From: an uncultured archaeon
GTDB lineage: Archaea > Asgardarchaeota > Jordiarchaeia > Jordiarchaeales > Jordiarchaeaceae
Reading direction: 5' to 3'
DNA length: 32,000 nucleotides
Assembly: GCA_964510585.1 (NCBI GenBank)
Contig: CAZECW010000033.1
Span: 1-32,000, forward strand
Shown: in pieces, positions 25,765-32,000 of the stretch
How the letters are laid out: each line of letters starts with the position of its first letter
Numbering within the stretch: the first letter of the stretch is position 1
Translations under genes and position numbers: made by a program
The notes under the pieces: model-generated
What the model was told of the DNA's origin: nothing
What the model saw: the letters and a program-made list of their open reading frames with translations, nothing else
The model's database searches: none

Positions 25765-26145
25765 TCAAATCTGTGCTAGGATTTCTTGAATTTTTTCGCT
25801 TGCCCTTCTCATTTCGAGGAGTACGAGGCCTAAATTTGAGTCGGAGTTCGTTATTGCAGATAATAGTGCTGAGTCTCCTACTCCGCATATGACAACGTCT
25901 CCCTTGGATCCACTTATTATTACCTTGCTGAGTTCGCCTCTTTTTAACTCATTAACCGTTCTGTTGCCGATGTTTAGAACCGCTGCACCCATGGCGCCAA
26001 TAATTCCCTCATCAGAGTCTTTGGGTAGTGACGAGGCTAGAACGAGGCCGTCATTTCGCACTATTGCAGAAGCGATGATTTGTGGATCGGCGCGACTCAT
26101 TTCTCTTAAAGTAGATTCTAATTCTAGGCGCCATTTTTTGGACAA
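25765..26145 (-). CDS. Canonical Roadblock/LC7 (MglB-like) protein
   Basis: IIASAIVRNDGLVLASSLP, IGAMGAAVL, ELKRGELSKVIISGSKGDVVI, NLGLVLLEMRR. GGAGG SD, TTG start. Confidence 0.92.
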   Translation of the reverse strand: MSKKWRLELESTLREMSRADPQIIASAIVRNDGLVLASSLPKDSDEGIIGAMGAAVLNIGNRTVNELKRGELSKVIISGSKGDVVICGVGDSALLSAITNSDSNLGLVLLEMRRASEKIQEILAQI

Positions 26146-26447
26146 TAAAAAATCCTCCAGAGTACTTCTGCTTGGATTAAGATTTGGTATTCTTAAATTT
26201 AAAAAGTTTCCCTTTTAGTAGGGTAGTTCTTAAGTAGATTGGTTTCTTGGTTCAGCATTGCCAAAAGTGGAGAATTTTTTTCTCCCTAGAATAAAAAGGT
26301 AGAATAAGAGGATAAAGGCCCAGAAACGAAATAATGTTAATACTTTTGGGTGGGTAATTTTTATAGTGTTATGTTGACCTTTTTAAAGGATAGACGAAAT
26401 AATTTAATTGTATCAAACAATTCTTGGTTTGTAGAGGCGGTCTTCTA

Positions 26448-27788
26448 GTGATTAGATTAAGTTATGATAGGGGAACTATTCTGATTCGTGGAGGTAGGGT
26501 TCCAAATGCGTATTGGGACTCTCGTTTAAATGCTTATAGAGCTTTAGCAGTTTACTATTCGGATATTGTGGATTATTTGAAGCGTTCAAGAATTGATTTT
26601 TCGGACAACGTTTTAGATTTGGTTCCCTGCCCTGTTTTTAGCTCTACCATTCAGCTCCGAGACTACCAGGAGGATGCTTTAAACGCTTGGCTTAAGGCTG
26701 GTAAAAGGGGAGTTATAGTCTTGCCCACAGGTGCAGGCAAAACCATTATTGCTCTGAAGGCAATATCTATACTTGGCGAACCCACATTAATTGTTGTTCC
26801 AACCCTGGATTTAATGGATCAGTGGCGTTCTCAATTAACTGATGAGTTCAAAATAAAGATTGGAAGCTATGGGGGTGGAGTTCATGAACTGGAACCCATT
26901 ACGGTTGCCACTTATGACACTGCATATTTGCGGGCTGAGGAATTGGGAAACCGGTTTACCTTCGTCATATTTGATGAGGTACATCACTTACCTGCACCGG
27001 GCTACGCAAACATAGGTGAAATGTTGGTAGCGCCCTATCGTATGGGACTTACTGCCACCTATGAAAGAGAAGACGGATTGCATTCAGAATTAGATAGGCT
27101 TGTAGGTGGAAAAATTTTCGAATTAACTATTGGTGAATTGGCTGGTAAACACTTAGCGGACTTTGTCTTGGAGAAAATAGTTGTGGAGTTAACACCAGAA
27201 GAAAAGGAGGAGTACGAGAAGGTGTACAAAATTTATTTGGATTACTTAGCCTCAACTAATATATCTTTAAAATCTCCAAAAGACTTTAGGAAACTGGTGA
27301 TGAGGAGCGGTAGGGATCCAAGGGCTAGGGAAGCCCTACTTGCCAGACACCGCGCCCGAGTGATAGCTTTGAATGCCTCTTCAAAATTAAAGGTGTTGGG
27401 AGATATTTTAAGAAAACATGTTGGAGAGAGAATACTGATTTTTACTGAGTATAATGATTTGGTCTATGCGATATCTCGGAGATTTCTCATTCCTTCCATT
27501 ACGCATAAGACACCCAAAAACGAAAGAGTTGAAAATCTAGATAAATTTAGAAGGGGCAAGTACAATATTCTTGTCACTTCCAAGGTTTTGGATGAGGGTG
27601 TCGATGTTCCTGAGGCAAGTGTGGGAATAATCCTAAGTGGAACTGGTAGCAAGAGAGAGTTTGTACAGAGGTTAGGAAGAATTCTCAGGAAAAAAGGGAA
27701 TAAGTCCGCTGTGCTTTATGAAATAATTACAAAAGCCACCTCTGAAGTAGCTATATCTAGAAGGAGGAGAACTGCCTTAGAGGCTTAG
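26448..27788 (+). CDS. xpb: XPB/Rad25-like superfamily 2 helicase
   Basis: LRDYQ, VLPTGAGKT, DEVHH, GLTAT, LDEGVDVP, QRLGRILR. The GTG at 26448 follows GAGGCGG (ORF-track start 26424). Confidence 0.9.
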   Translation: MIRLSYDRGTILIRGGRVPNAYWDSRLNAYRALAVYYSDIVDYLKRSRIDFSDNVLDLVPCPVFSSTIQLRDYQEDALNAWLKAGKRGVIVLPTGAGKTIIALKAISILGEPTLIVVPTLDLMDQWRSQLTDEFKIKIGSYGGGVHELEPITVATYDTAYLRAEELGNRFTFVIFDEVHHLPAPGYANIGEMLVAPYRMGLTATYEREDGLHSELDRLVGGKIFELTIGELAGKHLADFVLEKIVVELTPEEKEEYEKVYKIYLDYLASTNISLKSPKDFRKLVMRSGRDPRAREALLARHRARVIALNASSKLKVLGDILRKHVGERILIFTEYNDLVYAISRRFLIPSITHKTPKNERVENLDKFRRGKYNILVTSKVLDEGVDVPEASVGIILSGTGSKREFVQRLGRILRKKGNKSAVLYEIITKATSEVAISRRRRTALEA

Positions 27789-27790
27789 TT

Positions 27791-29326
27791 ATGCTGCCCT
27801 CTGAACTTTTAGTGTTTAGAATTTGGGGGAACAGGATAATGCCTGTTTTTTCTTCGCTGGATGAGGAGCAAATAGTTATAGCAGCAGAAATCATTAAAAC
27901 TTTTAAGGATTATAAGGGAAGAAAGCAGGGAGAGCTTTCAGAGGTACTTGATGAATTTGAGGAGGGAATTAACTACAGATTTATTCGGGGATTACGCGTC
28001 CTTCTGGAGAGAAGATGCAGCTTTGAGAGCACCAGCCCCCTAAATCCCATCGAGGCAAGAAGAGTAGTTTTTGAGGAAGCAAACAAAATGGGTTTAGTAA
28101 TCGATGAGAAGCAAAGGACAACAGTATTGAAAAACGCCGCATCCATTCTGGGCGTCTCCGTGGACGACTTGGAAAAATCACTGTGGGCGGATAACGAATC
28201 AGAGCTGGTACTACGAGAATTTGAAGATATTGACCCTCTTGAACTTTTGAAATGGTACAATCTTGCTTTAGCTCAGACTATGCTATTTGGCGCCACAAAT
28301 ATGGAAATTGTGGTTAAATCAGGTTATCAGCAACTCTTAAGGGCAATAAAGTACTATGGGCTAATGTACAATGCAGAAGTACGCAACGGCAGTTTCACAA
28401 TTAATATTGAGGGACCTGCTTCACTCCTCAAACTAACCGAGCGCTATGGAACATCTATGGCAAAGCTTCTACCATTAATTATCTCTCTGGAGGGATGGCA
28501 AATAAAAGCGGGAATACTAAGAAGAGGCGTAGCAAAAAAACCCCGAGTATATGATTTTATTCTAGATGAAAGAGACAAAGACAAATTAGCAGTCAGAAGC
28601 ATGAATAAAACAGAAAAGTTTGATAGCCGGGTGGAGGAAGATTTCTACCATAGATTCAATGCCCTAAAAACAGGTTGGACCATAATAAGGGAGCCGGAGC
28701 CGCTGATAAGTGGATCAACAGTAATGGTGCCAGACTTCGGCTTTGAGAAGGAGGGAATGAAAATTCTCATGGAAATAGTAGGATTCTGGACAGAAAAGTA
28801 TCTGGAAAGAAAAATCAGCAAACTCGAAAAAATAAATCAAGAACTAATTTTAGCTGTTGACGAAAACCTAGCCTGCTCATCCTTTGAAAACATTCCCGGC
28901 AAAGTAATATACTATAAGAACAAAGTACCCCTAAAACCAATAGTTGAAATACTACAAAAACTCGAGCAAAAAAAGATAAACCAAGATATAGCAAAACTAA
29001 AAATTGCAACAATCAAACCTGACAAGGATGTCGTCCCACTAAAAGAACTAGCGGAAAAACACAAGGTAACCATAGAAGCAATTAGAAAAAGCATCAAAGT
29101 CGATAACTACACACTAGTAGGTAATACACTAATAAGCAATGAAACGCTAAACAAACTAAGACAGGAGCTGGAAAACCTCCCAGAAAAAAAACGTTCCGAA
29201 GCAGCAAAAATCTTCCAAAAGAAAGGAATCCCAGAAGTAGACTGCCTGCTAGAAGCCCTAGGCTACAAAGTTATATGGTCAGCACTAGACCCCGATAACG
29301 TAACTATAGCAAAGAAGCAAGATTAA
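27791..29326 (+). CDS. bax1: DUF790 / Bax1-family endonuclease
   Basis: MLPSELL start, WYNLALAQT, IEGPASL...ERYG..MAKLLP, and nuclease motif VPDF...MEIVGFWT. Starts 2 nt after the xpb stop. Confidence 0.85.
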   Translation: MLPSELLVFRIWGNRIMPVFSSLDEEQIVIAAEIIKTFKDYKGRKQGELSEVLDEFEEGINYRFIRGLRVLLERRCSFESTSPLNPIEARRVVFEEANKMGLVIDEKQRTTVLKNAASILGVSVDDLEKSLWADNESELVLREFEDIDPLELLKWYNLALAQTMLFGATNMEIVVKSGYQQLLRAIKYYGLMYNAEVRNGSFTINIEGPASLLKLTERYGTSMAKLLPLIISLEGWQIKAGILRRGVAKKPRVYDFILDERDKDKLAVRSMNKTEKFDSRVEEDFYHRFNALKTGWTIIREPEPLISGSTVMVPDFGFEKEGMKILMEIVGFWTEKYLERKISKLEKINQELILAVDENLACSSFENIPGKVIYYKNKVPLKPIVEILQKLEQKKINQDIAKLKIATIKPDKDVVPLKELAEKHKVTIEAIRKSIKVDNYTLVGNTLISNETLNKLRQELENLPEKKRSEAAKIFQKKGIPEVDCLLEALGYKVIWSALDPDNVTIAKKQD

Positions 29327-29892
29327 ATCCAATTTTCCCCAAAAATTAGTTTAATATTCAAATAGGTAGATAATCGCACATCCCATACGGAAACACCGGA
29401 GACTCTAAGCTACACACAAGTAGCATGGAATACACCAAACCACCCCTCTTTAATGATTCCTGCACTCTCCAGTTGGAAAAGTCCCATCGTTCTGCTTTTA
29501 CTATTTTAAGTGCTGAAATATTCCAGATTCGCCCCACCCATAAAGAAAGCAGGCTTTTTTGCCTCATTCTTTTAAAGAATTAACTTACAGATTACCTTAA
29601 AAAAGCGGCAGCACAGCCACTCTACCATTTTCGCACATATACAAAGACTATGGAACCACTCTCTTGAAATACAGTTACTGAAACTGAAGGACAAATAAGC
29701 AGCTACTCCACCTAGTTTACATTTTCACCTATTATTCTAAAACTCCCCTCTTCTCCACAAATTGCGTTACCATTTATATTAAAACAAAATAATAACCCAA
29801 TTATCACAGAAATGGATTAGTCACCGATAAATATACATATTACCCCTCTACTACATTTATGCAAAATTAGCCATCAACTTGGAGATGATAAT

Positions 29893-30318
29893 GTGGTGCG
29901 TAGACTTAGCGTCGTAGATTTGAACCGTTGCACCGGTTGTCAGCTGTGCTCCATAAACTGCGCCCGCAGGTTCGGTGTCGGTGGCCTTGGTAAGAGTACT
30001 ATTCATGTAAAGTCTGCAGGAGGTGTTGAGAGGGGTTTTGTGGTGGTTGTTTGCCGAGCCTGTAAGGAACCCGCCCCATGTGCAAGAGTGTGCCCTGTAG
30101 ACGCGCTTAAATCTAGAAAGGGATACGGCGTTACTCTAGATAAGGATAAGTGTATTGGTTGCGGGGAATGTGTTGAGGCTTGTCCAATTGGGGCAGTTTT
30201 CTGGGACGAGGAAAATAATAAGCCAGCAATATGTGTTTATTGTGGAATTTGTGCCAAGTATTGCCCTTATGACGTATTGGAATTGGAAGAGGTTAAAACT
30301 GGAGGGGAGGTGAATTGA
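29893..30318 (+). CDS. Multi-[4Fe-4S] ferredoxin (DmsB/AorA-like small subunit)
   Basis: CTGCQLCSINC, CRACKEPAPCARVCP, CIGCGECVEACP, CVYCGICAKYCP. Confidence 0.92.
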   Translation: MVRRLSVVDLNRCTGCQLCSINCARRFGVGGLGKSTIHVKSAGGVERGFVVVVCRACKEPAPCARVCPVDALKSRKGYGVTLDKDKCIGCGECVEACPIGAVFWDEENNKPAICVYCGICAKYCPYDVLELEEVKTGGEVN

Positions 30319-32000
30319 GTGTCTCAGTTTTTACCTTCAAGTGTTTTGTATGTTGACTTGTCAAAGCACCTTTACCGGGTGAGGAACAGGCAGGAGCTTT
30401 TTGAGAAGTATATTGGAGGCACTGGGGTAGCCACACAACTCTTACTTGAGGAGTGCGAGAAGGGTGCTGATCCTCTTGGTCCAGGAAACGTGATAGTGTT
30501 TGCTGTGGGACCCCTTACCAACCTTTATCCTATGGCATCAAAAACAGTTGCCATGTTTAAATCCCCCCATACTGGCAATCTGGGGGAGAGCCATGCCGGC
30601 GGCAGGAGCGCCATAGCTATTAGATCTGCGGGCTACGGCGCAATAGTGATAAAGGGAGTGAGTGAAAGCCCGGTTTACCTGGCCATTCATGAGGATAGAG
30701 TGTTTTTCAGAGACGCTACGGCATACTGGGGTATGAATAGTGCTCAAACTGTGGGTAGAGTTATAAGAGAAAATGAGCCAGGTTCGGGGAATAGAACGAT
30801 TATGCGTATTGGGAAAGCCGGAGAAAACTTGGTCACTTATGCGAATCTGGTTACTGAAACTTACCGTCACTTTGGCAGATTGGGACTTGGGGCAGTTTTC
30901 GGGAGCAAAAGATTAAAGGCAGTTCTGGTATCTGGGAGAAAAACCACCCCCGTAGCGGATAGAAAACTCTTCAAAGAAGTTTATGAAACGTTGTATAATC
31001 AGCAAACAAAATCATCTGCCCTACAAAAATATCATGATCTGGGAACAGCCTCCAACATACTGGTGTTAAATGAGTTGAAGGGGCTACCCACAAGAAACTT
31101 GAAGCAAGCATGGTTTGAGGGAGCAGAAGAAATATCTGGAGAAAATTTGGCCGAAAAGTATTTGGGCCGCAGGGTGGCGTGCGCCCACTGCCCAGTAGCC
31201 TGTATACATTTGGCGACGTTAAGGGAACCCTATGAGGATGAACCCTACTTTTACAAGACCACTATGGTTCCCTATGATTATGAGCTACTCTATGCCTTGG
31301 GTTGTATGCTGGGAGTCTCCAGTGTAACCGGGGTTCTGAAACTTATAGACGAGGTGGAAAACTGGGGACTGGACGCCATTAGCACGGGAGTAGTTCTTGC
31401 TTGGGCTACAGAGGCAGTCCAAAAAGAGCTGGTAACAAAGGAAGAAACCCTAGGACTGGAACCCAAATGGGGAGACTATAAAACCTATCTTAGAATGATT
31501 GAGTTAATAGTGGAGCAGCCAAACCAATTCTACAAACACCTTGCAAGAGGCGTAGAAAAAGCTGCAGAAAAGTATGGGGGGATGGAATTCGCACTTGCAA
31601 TGGGCGGGAACGAGCCCGCAGGGTACCATACTGGCCCCGCAGGATACGCTGGATTCTACACTGGAGCTAGACACAGTCATCTAGACTCAGCAGGATATGG
31701 CATAGACCAGAAGGCTGTTGGGAAGACCCAAGAGCTAACCGCCCAAAACATCGCTAATGGTCTCATTAAAGAGGAGGCTTGGCGCCAAGTATTATCAAGC
31801 CTTGTGGTATGCTTTTTTGCTAGAGGAGTGTACACCCCCGAAATAGTCGCAAAAGCCTTAAAAACAGTCGACCTAAACTTCACCGAAAACCAGCTAATGG
31901 AAACAGGTCTGAAAATACTCAAAGAGAAATATAGATTCAAATTTAGGGAAGGGTTCGAATTCAAAAACTTGAGAATCCCCCAGAGAATCCTTGAAACCGA
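30319..32000 (+). CDS. aor: Tungsten-family aldehyde:ferredoxin oxidoreductase, truncated by the window end (missing from the ORF track)
   Basis: Manual translation from the GTG at 30319 (SD GAGGTGA) is open to the window end. Motifs YIGGTG, FKSPHTGNLGESHAGG, GYGAIVIKG, GSKRLKAV, LPTRN, ACAHCPVAC, GLDAISTG, GARHSHLD. Confidence 0.93.
   Translation, partial: MSQFLPSSVLYVDLSKHLYRVRNRQELFEKYIGGTGVATQLLLEECEKGADPLGPGNVIVFAVGPLTNLYPMASKTVAMFKSPHTGNLGESHAGGRSAIAIRSAGYGAIVIKGVSESPVYLAIHEDRVFFRDATAYWGMNSAQTVGRVIRENEPGSGNRTIMRIGKAGENLVTYANLVTETYRHFGRLGLGAVFGSKRLKAVLVSGRKTTPVADRKLFKEVYETLYNQQTKSSALQKYHDLGTASNILVLNELKGLPTRNLKQAWFEGAEEISGENLAEKYLGRRVACAHCPVACIHLATLREPYEDEPYFYKTTMVPYDYELLYALGCMLGVSSVTGVLKLIDEVENWGLDAISTGVVLAWATEAVQKELVTKEETLGLEPKWGDYKTYLRMIELIVEQPNQFYKHLARGVEKAAEKYGGMEFALAMGGNEPAGYHTGPAGYAGFYTGARHSHLDSAGYGIDQKAVGKTQELTAQNIANGLIKEEAWRQVLSSLVVCFFARGVYTPEIVAKALKTVDLNFTENQLMETGLKILKEKYRFKFREGFEFKNLRIPQRILET

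Noticed and set aside
25725-25775. tRNA-like words (GACTTTAA...GGTTCAAATC)
   Set aside because: Anticodon, T and acceptor stems do not pair, and the sequence overlaps the Roadblock stop codon.
26448-29326. Helicase-nuclease pair as a possible novel defence system
   Set aside because: It matches the established archaeal XPB-Bax1 (DUF790) DNA-repair pair.
29466-29480. TCCAGTTGGAAA (and TTCCTGGAAAC at 2885) resemble archaeal ORB origin boxes
   Set aside because: Isolated imperfect matches with no G-string, no repeat array and no cdc6/orc1 gene in the window.
29358-29720. 69-aa minus-strand ORF and neighbouring broken frames in the bax1-ferredoxin spacer; possible pseudogene
   Set aside because: No recognisable motif or SD at the ORF start, and no family resemblance I can support.
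30316-30321. Ferredoxin TGA is directly followed in frame by the AOR GTG, so selenocysteine or readthrough fusion is conceivable
   Set aside because: A strong GAGGTGA SD sits 5 nt before the GTG, the TGA is not at a Cys-equivalent position, and two-subunit ferredoxin plus AOR is a normal arrangement.
256-31964. The many antisense or alternative-frame ORFs in the six-frame track (e.g. 256-690, 6808-7236, 13799-14287, 23677-24258, 30538-30870)
   Set aside because: They lie within well-supported genes, lack SDs and motifs, and are expected shadows of coding sequence.
1-32000. CRISPR arrays, IS elements, integrases, rRNA genes
   Set aside because: No regularly spaced direct repeats, transposase or integrase motifs, or long GC-rich structural RNA tracts were seen.

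Overview
A gene-dense, AT-rich archaeal window with 31 supportable CDSs; the last runs off the end. No rRNA, tRNA, CRISPR array or transposase is recognisable. The gene set points to an anaerobic, probably thermophilic Asgard archaeon. This is inferred from a gelsolin-like gene, three Roadblock/LC7-like genes, archaeal IorAB, XPB-Bax1 and Nop2-Nip7, plus BpsA and a tungsten-family AOR. Blocks in order: (1) three orphan coiled-coil genes and a Roadblock-like/winged-helix fusion; (2) phosphohexomutase; (3) a speD-speE-bpsA polyamine operon whose two aminopropyltransferases have atypical acceptor-side motifs; (4) iorB and iorA split by rRNA-maturation and Nudix genes; (5) a minus-strand run of membrane protein, reductive dehalogenase, GNAT, LarA-family racemase and IorA, divergent from a CCG-domain Fe-S gene; (6) purB and a class V aminotransferase; (7) a cluster of eukaryote-like modules (Zn-ribbon/wHTH, GOLD/p24-like membrane protein, gelsolin-like, HEAT solenoid, two Roadblocks); (8) XPB-Bax1; (9) ferredoxin plus aldehyde:ferredoxin oxidoreductase. 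The best leads are the atypical polyamine pathway, the TAT-less dehalogenase neighbourhood, the eukaryote-like module cluster and the orphan coiled-coil trio. All family calls come from motif recognition by eye, not database searches.
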